From assembly GCA_964658305.1 (NCBI GenBank), contig OZ210884.1, positions 2,666,001 through 2,730,000 on the forward strand: DNA of 64,000 nt. Reading direction: 5' to 3'. Under the pieces are notes generated by a model. The model saw nothing but the letters and a program-made list of their open reading frames with translations, was not told the origin of the DNA and did no database searches. The stretch is from Leptogorgia sarmentosa. Lineage: Eukaryota. Each line of letters opens with the position of its first letter. Positions within the stretch are counted from its first letter, which is position 1. Positions 50,177 to 62,745 of the stretch are shown here, piece by piece. A program made the position numbers and the translations under genes.

Positions 50177-53100
50177 AATCTGTTTTTTTTTTGTAAGGTA
50201 TTATATCTCGGATCTTTTTTTTCTTTTATTTGTTCGAAATAAATTGCGAATAGGCTAAAAGGCGTTCTAGACAATCGATTTTTGTATTCTTAATTCTTTT
50301 CAATAAATACTGATATAGTTTCAATCATTATACGTATTTTGTACCTGTCTTGTCTGATGTCAACTTGACTTCTAAGATTGATTCGAAATTGATGGTTTGT
50401 AACGTGTGCTAGAGCACAATAGAACGTATCGATTTTGGCAAACTTACCTTGGATTTTTCGGCGGCACATTTTCAAAACGCAATTCTGATACCAATTTCCA
50501 TCGTAAAAGGGAACCCCGTTTTGTTATTCTTTTGAGCCGTTTTATCTTCGACTGATCCGGAGTTGTGCAAACGTAGTTTAAAATACTACTCGCCGCTAGG
50601 TTGCTCGTTTAAACTTGGAAAAAAACTTGTCATGTGATTAAAAGGAAATTTTCTCCATTTTATTGATAATAGAAATGTTTATGAAGATTCCAGCAAAGTT
50701 ACTTGATAGTGTTAGGGTTTACATAATGTGATTTACACACAATTTATCAAAATATAAAAACCTGACTGTGGTCAACAGAATGATATATCCTTTCCGTGCA
50801 TGATTACATAATTATACTCATATATAGTACACAAAAAATAAAAGTCAATTCAGAAATTGAGCAAGTCGTGATACAGATCTACGTTACAGTGTAGCAATAC
50901 AGTAGAAATCGGTACAGTACAATACAAAGCACTACAATACAATACAATACAGCGGCAAATTGGAGAGGGGGGCTTTCTTTTCATCTGTTTTTGCATATTT
51001 AAAGTATAGATTTTGATTCGAAATATCTAAATTTCAGCATTAAATCTCTTTCCTTTATAAAGGAAATAACTCAGGTAAAGAAAAAATGCCATAATTACGG
51101 CAAAAATTACCACAAATTTCGGACATTTTTGTCTTCAATTTTTGAAGATATGAACTGCACAAGTCAATAATGTTGATGTGAAACCTATTAAAGTTTACAT
51201 GCCAATGCCTATGCGTCTTGTTTGATTTCGCCAATTCCAATTTTACTTTGCATGTTTATGACCTGTGTAAAGCCATACAATTCTTTATGCGGACGATAGA
51301 CTTTAAGGTTAACTTTTATAATGGCTTTTACGCCACCATCAAAGTTTGAACTTCTGACACACTGTCAAATTGTTCACTATAAAAATTACCGTCCTTCGTT
51401 AACAATTTGCCAAAAGCACCCCCTCTTCCCACCCGTTTGGCTTCTAGGACAACCCTACGAAATACAATACGATTACTCTATTTGTATCACGACTTGAATT
51501 ACATCAAATGACTTGCAAACAGTTTCTAGTTTTCTGCCATGTTTCCGTTGCCAAACGCCATCATTTTGTCAGAGGGATATTGCATGGGGATCACCTCAAG
51601 GGATTTTGTGGAATTTTTTGCGCGACGTTTTCTTAGCAGAAATACGACGGTTGCGGTAAGCAAAACAACAATGAGCCCGGCACACACCAGTATGGCAATC
51701 ATGATTGTATTTGGAGTGGATTCAGCTTCATCATCTACAAACGAAATGAAACATTTGCATGTACATCTTTTCTTGAAAGGTCGAATTGGGTAGAATTCAA
51801 TTGTATCGTTTATGCCGAGTGGGTATATGGAGGTTTTGCGGCTTTTTCATGGTATATTGATTACTTTTTGATGTTTTTTCCCACTATCTGTGCCGTGACG
51901 CCGAAAAAGACGTTGTTCATAATTATATCTTTATCTCGAAATATTGAATATGAAAATTAGCTAAATCCAAAAGTGAATTGAATTCTCCTCAAATTAAAAT
52001 TTTAGCTGATAAAGGTAACGGCGAATTTAACAAGAGAGTTTCGTGCCTTACGATCCGACTCTCAGCTAATCTTTCTGTGCAAAGACTCTCTATCTATTTA
52101 TAATGATGGAGTGTTTTTGTTTTTCGGGTCTGCAAGAAATTTTACACGAAAGTTGGAACTTGAAACGGTGCATTCATGATACAATATAGCTGCAATCGAT
52201 ATTTTGAAAACATATTTTAAAAAAGAAAATTTAAATAAACTACAATACCGGAAGATTTTCGTTTTTTTAGATTATCTTAGATAATTTCGTTGTAATTTTG
52301 TTCTAAATTTAAAACTTAAACTGTTTCATGTTGATAAGTCTAGCCTTATTTTGATAACAAAAACCAAACAAATGAACAATTTCAGATTCCGCTGGTCAAT
52401 TGAACCGTAATGTTAGCTTGGACGTCGGAATTAAGATTCAACACAAGGAAATAGCATATCCAGCAATGTCAGCGCAAATCACCAAAAAGTTCCAAAAGTT
52501 ATATAAATTGACGAAAAAAGATGCCTCATATAAAAGACGCCTCATTGTCTCTAACAAAATGCCACAGACGTTTTTATGACTGCTATACTAATGTCCCCCT
52601 ACTATCCCTTCATGCACTCTTTGCGATATTGATTAAAAGATGGCTAATTAATGGATCGTTAATATTTAACAATTAGACAACGAGGCCGAGTTGTCTATGA
52701 GCCAATAGTGAGTTTTCGCGAAAACGCGAGTTTTCTGCAGTAGCCAATTGTTTTCCTTTGCTTTTTCGCGAACCGTGGTCTATCACAGAATAGACGACGG
52801 CTGAGTAGCCAATGAGAATGTAGCATTTGTAATAGACGATGGTTGGGTGTATACTAAAAAGAAATAGCCAAACCGACAAACCTTGATCTTTGTTACTTTC
52901 CTCTTTAATTTTTTCTCGATACATGATGGGACCAATAGAGAGTTGGTAACTGCGTTCCGTAGCATCTGACGCATCACGACGTTTTCTGTTGGAACAAGTT
53001 GTACTTCGGGCACAAACAGAATCCTGTGTATTGATGTTACAAAGTCGCAGATCACAGTGGATGTAAACGAACGTGTGATTGGCGACGAATCTGAAAACTT

Positions 53101-54147
53101 GGATGCTAAATCGATGACTCTGCTGTAAGCCAGTCGTGTGATGGATGATAGTTGAGTCCTTGTCACAGCTATAAGCAAGCAAGTTGAGATTTTTAGTTTT
53201 GTTAGAAAATACTTGTCAAGTGTAAACATTTTGAGGAGTGGTAAATGATAATTCCGCGACTCATTCCCTGGGGCGGCGCCAATTTGTAGAGGCTGGGAGG
53301 GGTGTACGGTGAACACAGAGGACGTGATATTTCCACGGAGATTTTGCAGCATACATACCTCCAAAAAAAATTGCTATTTCTGTGGTCTCTAAAAGCTATT
53401 TTTTACCATATTAGACAGGTGTGTTGGAAATTCAAAAGCAACAAATCCGAGTGTTGCCCGAAAAGGTCGTGCAGGCAGCTAAACATGCACCCATTGTTAG
53501 ATTATATAACTAGATGCACCTTTTACGTCATTCCAGTATTTCACAAAAGCTTTGTGTTCTTAGCTAATCGAATATCTCCAATGTTTATATGTTGATATGA
53601 ACAAGCATTTTGAATAGTCGTACCCTCACCAACCCCATTTTTCCGGCTTACGATTTAGATCAATCTGAAAGTTGGCTTCAGTCCAGGCGAGAAACCAGGC
53701 ATTAATTGAAGGGGGGACAAAAATATTCGTGTTTTCTCCTTATGATTTCGTTTCCCATGCAGTAAATAAAAAAACTGATTGCAAACATCACTTACGCTTC
53801 AGATATGAACTCGTATTGCGGTGTATCATAAGGCTTGCTACTTGGTGTTGCACGGCATGTTTCGGCTCGCACAACGATGTCGCTGTTGCTGGTGGTTAAA
53901 CCATACTGGATGTGAATACGATCCTCGAAACTTTTAAAAGCAGGATATTTCTCTGAAGTGCTAGAGAGGAAACCGGCATCGGGATAGGTTCCCAAGTTGA
54001 CTGTAAAGTTTCCCAGGTCGCCTGAAATAAAAAATATTGCGATAAACATAAAATTGCGGCAACATAAAAGGCAGTTTTATACTTCAAATAATTTGAAGAT
54101 CCACTCTGTAATGTTTCTGTAGGGTAACTGTAAATGTAGGTCTAGTC

Positions 54148-54319
54148 CAGAGGCCGCGGAAGATCGATAATTGGGGGGGGGGGGGGGGGGGGGGTGCACA
54201 TATTCATATATTCGTGATGTGCATTACTGATTTCCTTTGAAATCAATTGTTTTCAAGGTCTTTGAACACGAATATATGAATATGTGCCCTCCCCAATTAT
54301 CGATCTTCCGCGGCCCCTG
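54148..54319. mobile_element. hAT-like MITE
   Basis: TIRs CAGAGGCCGCGGAAGATCGATAATTGGGG / CCCCAATTATCGATCTTCCGCGGCCCCTG; 8-bp flanking repeat GTCTAGTC / CTCTAGTC (7/8 match). Confidence 0.8.
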
Positions 54320-56673
54320 CTCTAGTCATTTAAGTGCTAGCAGAATACTGTGTTTCGTGGAAGAATCATTGAAGTCTATGGGTACTCTGGAATGATAGCT
54401 AACTTTAAATAAACAAGCCGATACTTGCTCAAAGCCAAGATGGCCGCCTCCAAATTCAAGTGATTGGCACTTAAATCTTACTTTCTACTCAGTAACTTCT
54501 TAACTTTCTAGAAAGCCCAAAACCACTAAAAACCTAAAAATTTTCGCGAGATTTTTTGCTCGATTTTCGTGCGTGATTTGAAAGTACTAGCTGTTGTCCT
54601 ACCATAATGCTTTTAGATAAACATTAATACTATACAATGAAGAAATAAACAGGGACGAAATTTATCCATTTTCAACGTGTATTTTTGGTCAAAATTTTGT
54701 AAACTGGACTGGGACGAAAATTGACTCCTGTTGTTGAAAATACAATTATCGCCCCAATAATTCCGTTCTTAATGTATTTCGGTGGTTTATTGGATTTCAC
54801 CGGGAAAACGCAACATTTTCCAAACCATATACATATAGAACCAATACTTACTTTCTTCAACTGTTATAACTGGGTTTGGAGGTTCAAATTTCAAACCGCT
54901 GACACTTAACAAACGGCTGTAGGTACATTTGAAGGCAAATGCTAACGACTGTTTTCTTGTAATAACAGACCCAGGCGAGATCGGAACAGCTGCAGTCAAC
55001 GTGTTGTTGTAGAAAAATTCCCGTTCAGTTTGAGAATACGTATTTCCGCATCCATTCAACGGTGTGGTCACGTAAACGTGGGTTTGGTTATAGCTTGCTT
55101 TACATGCACGGTCCGCAAGGTACATGTTGTCAATGTCAAGTGATGTTACTTCATGCCTTCCAAACACCACGGTGATCGAATCTTCGCCACATAAGACACG
55201 ATATGATGTGGCTGTGAAAAAAATGCAGGTAAAATGGCGATTGAATTTCTGACTGCACAATTAGGCAATACAATAATTTTGTATTGCATGCTGCATACAG
55301 CTGATACAGCTGATTGAGCTCGAGAAAATGTTGTCCTTCCAAAATCTTAAACGATGAATTATGAGCGTGCTGGGGATGCCTGTTTGTCACTTACATATTC
55401 AAAGCTGTTATTCTCGACAAATAAGTGTAATAACTAACTAGGCTCAGTTTTTTTCTTGTTTGCTATTATGCTATTGCATTGTCGCCATGTGAAGTACCCT
55501 TATAGTCTGTGGCTCCAAATGGAAATTAACCACCATCACTTGCACGCTTATAGTTCATTGTCCAAGGTTTGGAGGACAACCTTTTTGAATAAGCTCCATA
55601 ATTATGGGATAAATTAGAAATAATGAGTTTGAGACTCGTCGTAAATAACGTTAACGTTTAATTTTGATACATCGCGCGACAACAATCAACCTCATTAATT
55701 ATAACATGAAAGTATATTGGACACTTGTTTTTTAGATGCTCTTATTGTAGTCGCCAAGTTTCCGGATGAAACCTTTTATTTCGGTCCCAAATTTCTATGG
55801 TTTGCAACATTCGGTTAGTTATCAAAACTTGACTTATATCAATTATATTTCAATTCTGGAGTGTGTAAAGGTTGACACCATGCATGCATTATATGATGGG
55901 TGACATGCAGTAAAATAAATATCCTAATTCGACAAAGTTAATGATATACCATCGCAAGTTGACTGTGACATTTTCTCTGCCAAAGTGGAAAGCTTATTGA
56001 AATTTTCCAACAGATAAACGTGTTCACTAACTGGGGAGGATGCCATTGTTTCCAACTCAGATACTCTGATAGCAGAACCAACTCCAATGGAAAATATAGT
56101 AACACCAATGCCTTTGAGCTGCTGTGCTGGTTGGTCGACACTTCCGACGCTCTCGCCATCGGTAAGCACTACTAAAACTTTTTTCGCATCTTAAAGGAAT
56201 TGTAACATTATAATCAGTGTAATAAGGTCGCTTGAAATTGAGAATTAAAAAAACGCGATGAAATTCCGAGTAAAACATCAAACGTAGTTATTTTTAAGGG
56301 ACCGGTTATGGCAGGGTTGGGGGCCGAAGACAAAATGGTGGGGTAGCTAAATAACTAGGCATGTCTGGGGTGGGGTAAAATATTATGTAAGAAGGTACCA
56401 CTAGCTACGGTCCGCTTGCACAAATTTTGGAACTTTTTTCAGCTTGAATGATTACCCCAGTTATTTACCAAGTGTCCGCCTTGTTTTAAAAGGTGGGATA
56501 AAGAATTTTTTTGAAAAAGAAAGTGGGTAAGAAAAATGTTTGGCTTTAAACTAATATTTTCTCTTCAGGCCCACCTCAAGGATTCAACAGGTTGTTCTCG
56601 TTCGACAACTAGCTGCCTGCAATAGGTTTGCCTCGTTAGAGTACTTGGTGCATACAATTTATTGGCCTCATTT

Positions 56674-56940
56674 CCCTTATGAAAAATACACATGTGTTTC
56701 ACAAATGTTTCACATGTGGTTCACATGTGGAATTGGAACAATCACATGTAATTCACATATGATTCACATGTGAACCACTTGTGAACTGAAACACATGTAA
56801 AAACCCACATGTGAAACACATGTGAATCACATGTGAATCATATGTGAATCATATGTGAATCAAATGTGATTGTTCCAATTCCACATGTGAACCACATGTG
56901 TTTCACGTGTGGGTTTTTACATGAGTATTTTTCGTAAGGG
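56674..56940. mobile_element. MITE filled with CACATGTG/CATATG short repeats
   Basis: Ends CCCTTATGAAAAATAC / GTATTTTTCGTAAGGG; the interior is a palindromic array of approx. 10-12-bp CACATGTG-type units. Confidence 0.75.
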
Positions 56941-57957
56941 TTGTGACATTATTAGGCGCAACAGGTCAGCCTCGCTGCATGTATAATGTTGGATAATGGC
57001 GATTTAAGTTTAAATAAACTTTCATAAAATTTTCGTGCAATATGGCGCTAAATAGTTTAATTCTTGACTCATCAATTGCACGATGTTGGCTTCGTTTCAA
57101 CGGACTTGTGAATTTGATCCGACCAATGAAATCATGCATCGACGCGATTGCATTCTATAAAAACCTGTAGTTTTGCCAAAACTCTGCATGACCGAAAATA
57201 CTGCATGAGTGCACCATGTATAATTTTCCTTGTTCTCTTTCATCTTTGCACTTGCAAAAAAAAACTAACAAACCTGAAAGTCGAGCCCCGTTGTTGGAAT
57301 TGAACATCTCCGAATACGCTTGGGCTAAAGCTTTGGCAGTGTTTGTGCCACCTCCGCTGTAGGGAATGTTGTCGATTGCGGAATGGAGCGCCTCTCAGTT
57401 CAGAAATTGTTGAGAGAATGGAAAATGTAGTGTAGAAAATGACGCGTATGAGATAACGGATACTCTCGTGTTTTCTTGGGATATCTCAAAATGATCGGTA
57501 AGATCTTTTACGAAAGATTTCATTTTGTCAAAATCATCTGAGCTGATGCTGCCGGAGCTATCTAGAACGAACCCAAGATCAATTTTCTTTGTGCAAATTT
57601 CGTCTAAAAGAAACAAAAATAAAAATTTAATCTAGAAAATGCTACCTTCCGGTTTGATCATGAATATTCCATGGCGCGCACGCTTTTTAATTAATTCTGC
57701 AAATACATGCAAGACTGAAATATTGTTACGTATAGTGTATTCAGACCCGCTAACCAAAGCGCTGAATGACGTCACAAAAAACATTGGAAGACCCCATTTC
57801 AGCAGAATAAAAGTTCTGGATTCATAAAAGAATCGGTCGTTTACACTCCAGGTGCTTTCTTCTGTACGTATTGGAAACCAGCATAAACGGGTCGAGTATT
57901 TTTGTAACATATTCGACAAAACAATAATGCCCGTCTTGTTGTCTGCCATTTTCAATG

Positions 57958-58275
57958 CAAGGGCCGCAGAACAGGGCGGGGGGGGGGGCACTGGGGCGCG
58001 GTACCCCCCCCCCCACTTTTTGAAAACGAGAAAATGTGCCCTTTTTCCGATTAGATTTGCGCCCTTTTTGTAGTATATAGGGCCTTTTGTGTCACATAGT
58101 GCGCGCTTGATATAATAATAGTATCTTACGGCATTGGGGGCAAGTGCCCCCCAATTTTGGACAAAGGGTAAATGTGCCCTTATTTTGAAAGGAAAGTGCC
58201 CTTTTTCATCCGTTCCCTTTTTTGATTGTGCACCCCCCCCCCCCCCCCACTTTTGAGGTGCTTCCGCGGCCCCTG
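57958..58275. mobile_element. hAT-like MITE
   Basis: Ends CAAGGGCCGC / GCGGCCCCTG; flanks TTTCAATG / CTTCAATG (8 bp, 7/8 match); internal G/C runs and GTGCCC repeats. Confidence 0.7.
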
Positions 58276-59451
58276 CTTCAATGCTTGGTTTTCGAATAAT
58301 AGCAACCTTCTAGATCTAGACTTGGTTAAAAGTGATATGCCGCTTTGTCTAATTCGGAAATGACGATTCAAAATACTATGATAAGTCCAATAAGATGAAT
58401 GACAGGTATAGAAAGGGGCCGATGCCTACATAAAATTTGCTTCACCGGAAAGAAACGCTCTACACCGTATTATTTGCGAATTGGCTATCTGAAGAAATGA
58501 GTAGCCCACTGTATTAAAAACAAAGCAATTTCAGTACCTGGTGGTAGTCCACTCTCTGCACTTGCAGACGTCGTCGGTGTTTCTCTCTTCACAACAGATT
58601 TCCTAATTGGTTGTTCACGAAGAGCCATCAACTGATTGTTTGATCCATCTTCTTCAACGTTAAGGTCACCTTTTAGCTCTATTTCATACCAAAGTTAAAA
58701 AAATGTTTTTATTAAGACGAAGATTTTCTGCGCTCAAAACTCAAATTCGTCGGAATATATATCGGAATCGTCGACGACTTCAACAATGTATTTAATTCGA
58801 AGTAATTTACATTGCCACAAATAGCGAGGAAAGAGCCCCCCAATTATCGATCTTCCGATGCCACTTATTGTTTTAACTATCACGCAACTACCTACAAGTT
58901 ATTATTGTCTGCCTAATATGCCAAAAATTCCTATCCCTTCCATGGGATCCTTATTTATTAAAAAATAGATGAATTTCTGAGGCCTTTATTCGTATAATTG
59001 AACAAGTCGACCAAAAGTAGAGTCAAATCTCCGCCATGACCATTTTTGGGCACGTGTTTTAACAATTTACCCAACTCTATTTCATATAAAGCGTTCCTAC
59101 CTCCTTCCTCTATTGCATCTTGTTTCGCCATCCTGTTTTATTCTTGAGCCAAAGAGCGAGCGCCGTTTTAGCCCCGTACGTGCATGGGTAGTAATACCGC
59201 TCGGCTTTTTTACCCCCGTAAAAGACGGAATAGTGGAGTCTGTGATAGCAATTAGAAGAAAAATCGATAATGCTAACGATTTATAATTAAAATTTGAATG
59301 GCTGAACCACATTGTTTGGATGCCTTCGTCACTGTTTATATATATCCTCAAAAATCAATCAACGCCTTTCTTTTGTGACAACCAATTTCAAAGCGAAGTC
59401 TGCGCTCCATTTATCTCTTTATCTTGAAAAGAGTAATATCGAAAATAAAGC

Positions 59452-60324
59452 ATGTTAATATCCAAAGTAAAACAATTGTTGCTATTTGCTCTGTTTTCTG
59501 GAACAATATTCGTCATAGGCCTACATCTATGGCTAAATGCAGATTGGAAGGAACATTATCGCATAACTCCTACGAATGAGGAATCAACCGAAATCCACTT
59601 GTTAACCAACTACCCTCTGATGACGGAAAAGCCCTGGAATGAAAAGCAAACAGATACTGACAGGTCCCGATCATGGCAAAGACAGCTGGAATTAGAGGAA
59701 ACCTTACAGAGAAATCTTAACCATACTTTTGTTAAAACTGTACATCTGCTCGTAAATCAACCGTCGGCTCAGCAAAGATTAAAGAACTTGTCATTCTACA
59801 ATAAGGATAAAATACTTGTACATCACATTCACGGGCTACCTAAATATAGGGACTTTCTGAACTACGTGAATGAAAGACTTCAAAACAGGCTTGTCGCTAT
59901 ATCAAACATGGATGTTTATCTTGGAGAAGGATTCGACAAATTAAATAAAACGTTGATAGCGAAACGGAAAATAGCATACGCGTTAACCCGAAGTGGACGG
60001 CAGGAACAAAGGTGCAATATGGGAGGAAAACTTGGATATTGTGATACAAGATACATTGGTTCGCACGATACATATGTATTTGTTTTGACGCAACGCATAG
60101 ATGAGTCCACTTTGTCTGAGTTTAATTATAACATGCATGTTATGGGAGGAGACAATGTCTTCATATGGGTTTTAAGAAAACGAATGAAAATGACAGTTCT
60201 CAATCCTTGCAAGCACCTAAAAACCTATCACAACCACTGTGTTAAAATACATAGTAGTGTTAGACCAAGGATAAACAGAAGCGGCAAAAGCGGTACTGCC
60301 CCTTTCAGTGGCTTATATAAATGA
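59452..60324 (+). CDS. Intronless type-II membrane protein, putative GT-A-like glycosyltransferase (copy 2), 290 aa
   Basis: Co-linear intact paralog of 22371-23246 with a single-codon indel; the same motifs are present (SNMDVY, YALTR, GSHDTY, GGDN, LNPC, HNH). Confidence 0.75.
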   Translation: MLISKVKQLLLFALFSGTIFVIGLHLWLNADWKEHYRITPTNEESTEIHLLTNYPLMTEKPWNEKQTDTDRSRSWQRQLELEETLQRNLNHTFVKTVHLLVNQPSAQQRLKNLSFYNKDKILVHHIHGLPKYRDFLNYVNERLQNRLVAISNMDVYLGEGFDKLNKTLIAKRKIAYALTRSGRQEQRCNMGGKLGYCDTRYIGSHDTYVFVLTQRIDESTLSEFNYNMHVMGGDNVFIWVLRKRMKMTVLNPCKHLKTYHNHCVKIHSSVRPRINRSGKSGTAPFSGLYK

Positions 60325-62238
60325 GATGCGATACCGAGTGATTCATATCGAACACCGCATTCAACTAATACCTTGTTTTAACTACTTAAAAGTAGCTAGA
60401 TTGTAATTTTCATAAGCAATTCTCGTAAATGTACTGTTGCACCCCAATACCAAAAACTCTTATCACAAAACGTTAGTCAAACGAGATTTAGATTGTTGAC
60501 TATTAAATATAAGCAATTTAATAATTAGTCATAGAGACGGTTATTTCTAAAACAACATGTTTTAGTTGAATCTATAGTTTATTTAAAGGTGATTAATTCA
60601 TTGATGTTGTCCTTATTCCTGCAGCATTCATTATAAGCTTGTTTTACAGACATAGTTGTTGCTAGACATTCGTACTGTAAGTGTTTGACCAAACGCGGGC
60701 TTAAAAAATGCGATTGCATTGCGAGAGAAAATTTAAAATTCATAGAGAATAGAAGGCCAAATGGTTGCCTTGATATTCGCTGGCGTTGAGGTTTTTTATT
60801 TGTTCACAATGACTTTGCTGCCTATAAATTCTAAGATATTTATCGACGTAAAGAATTTGAGAGTTTAAATAAAACATTTTATGCTGACTTACAGCTACCG
60901 TTAGCCGAAAATTCGTAGCTGCTTTAAAGCCAATCAGAAAGTGGAAATTTGGCTTAGAGAATTCAACTGGTGTAATTTCCATAAGGAATTTGAAAATTGG
61001 TAAAGTAGCAGGTCACGACTTTGGCTTAATATTCGCTGCAGTAGGAGGAATTCATATTAAGTGAAATTAATTGGCACCCGAGAGTCTAGCTCAAACGAGT
61101 TCCGTTCTTAAGAATAAAATAATTGTCTTTATTAGAAATATAATTACATATAGTTGAAGGCAAGCCAATAATTCAATTGAAAGTCTAGTATCACTGAACT
61201 CCGTTCTTGTAAATATGGCATAAAGCCCTGATTCCACGACGGCGAAATATTTCGCGAGAAATTGTGTCTGCGAAATGCGGATGGTTACAAATGAACGATT
61301 CTATTGAATTCTCCCAACATTTTTCGCTTTCGCAGTGAGTAGGACTGACTACTACTCACTGGCGAAGCGAAATTTCTTCTCAAGAAATCTTATTTGCTCT
61401 TATGACGCATGCGTACAATTATTCCGGGCGAAAATTTTCGCATTTCCCCAAGAAATACCGCCCGTATGGAATCGGACCTTTATAGTTTTACAATTTGGCA
61501 CGTGATTACACACAGTTCTACAAAAGTGTGCGCGAGATAAGCTGAAAAATTTCAATTTCAATGATTCCCCAACAGAGTGGGTGTGGAACAGTTTTTGTTT
61601 TCTTTTCGTTAGTTCGAGAAGGATACATTAATTATTTCAAGTGAATTATAATAAGGACTTATTAACCGAGTGCGAGGTCTGTACGGGAAAGTATTGCCTG
61701 AGGGTTTTCGTACAGACCGAGCGACGAAGGAGCGAGGTCTGTGCGTTAAAAACCGAAGGCAATACTTTCCCGTACAGACCGAGCAAACGAGGTTAATAAG
61801 GGATTTATTATATGGCTTTGTTCGATCGCAATTTGTTCTGACATTGGGGAAAGAACTAGAAAACACTTTCGCTGCTAAAACGTTCAGCCGTATACACTGG
61901 CATACTGAATGGCGGTTTCTGGCCGTTCACTGCTGTACAACAACAAAACAATAAAAATACAACAAAGGAAAAAATTGAATAAAAAAATATAATGTAAATG
62001 TTGTGATAAACAACAAATGTTCGACGCGAAATGAAGCCATTTAAGTGCTGTGAAAACAATGTTCGCAACAGTTTTCGAACTGTTATTTTGTTCGCCGTTA
62101 TTTTCACTTTAAAACTCAGCATTTTGGATCGTGTGTTTTTCTGGGACAGCAAAATTCAATCGGGGAGTGTTCTTCAACGTCACCGTACGGCATAATAAGA
62201 TTTAGTTTCCTTAAAAATTTAATTTGTATAATAGTTTC

Positions 62239-62308
62239 ACGAGCGGGCAAGATGACTTTCCTGAGCGGGCAGGGCAAGATGACTTTCCTGAGCGGGCAAG
62301 ATGACTTT
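62239..62308. repeat. Short tandem repeat (GAGCGGGCAAGATGACTTTCCT) x3
   Basis: Direct inspection; it lies at the end of a dispersed element, followed by AACCAATCAG. Confidence 0.8.
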
Positions 62309-62745
62309 TTCCGGACCGCTAATCAACCAATCAGCGTGCGCCATTTATGTCAGCCATATAATAATAACCATTATTGAATGAGATCGGTTAGGATATGATG
62401 AATTGTAAAGGCCGAGATTTGTGTCATCTCCCAAAGCCAAAGGTGAAGCAAATAACATAAACTGAGGCTTTAATAATTTAGCATATCCTACGAAAAATTT
62501 GTCGAACATGAGTTTTGGCATGGCAATTTGCAAAGCAATTTGAAGTTGATTCCAAGGGCAACATGTATTCACCCTCTGGCATTCAGTCGTTAAAGCCATA
62601 CACAATTTCTAAGGAAAGTGCTTTATTGGATTAATATATATATCATTAATTACCATGCAACATGTGAATATTGAATTCAGCTACAAATTTGTGTATACGA
62701 AAGAAGCATAAGTTCGCTGCAATTTAACTGTTACGTACGTAAATT

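Larger units (their letters stand above)
51526..58678 (-). pseudogene. VWA + ZP-domain single-pass membrane protein with an in-frame premature TGA at 57397-57395. Exons 58678-58538, 57603-57274, 56189-55950, 55211-54852, 54021-53796, 53168-52882, 51734-51526; signal-peptide exon not found
   Basis: VWA MIDAS motifs DLGFVLDSSGS, GGTNT, VLTDGES. ZP-N (CGEDSITV..LNGCG..FKCTY) and ZP-C (ETCRATP..FSIQVFRF..VYIHCDLRLC), a furin site RKRR, and the TM segment IMIAILVCAGLIVVLLTATVVFLL followed by RKRR. All phases are compatible, and VWA homology continues in frame after the stop (FLN*EALHSAIDNIPYSGGGTNT). Confidence 0.85.

Noticed and set aside
57395..57397. Selenocysteine or programmed read-through of the in-frame TGA
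   Set aside because: The position is not a Cys or redox site in VWA domains and I could not identify a SECIS downstream of 51526; a CGA>TGA mutation is simpler.
59097..59351. 84-aa antisense ORF upstream of GT-like copy 2
   Set aside because: The paralogous region upstream of copy 1 carries indels relative to it and shows no equivalent ORF in the track; it is not conserved as coding.
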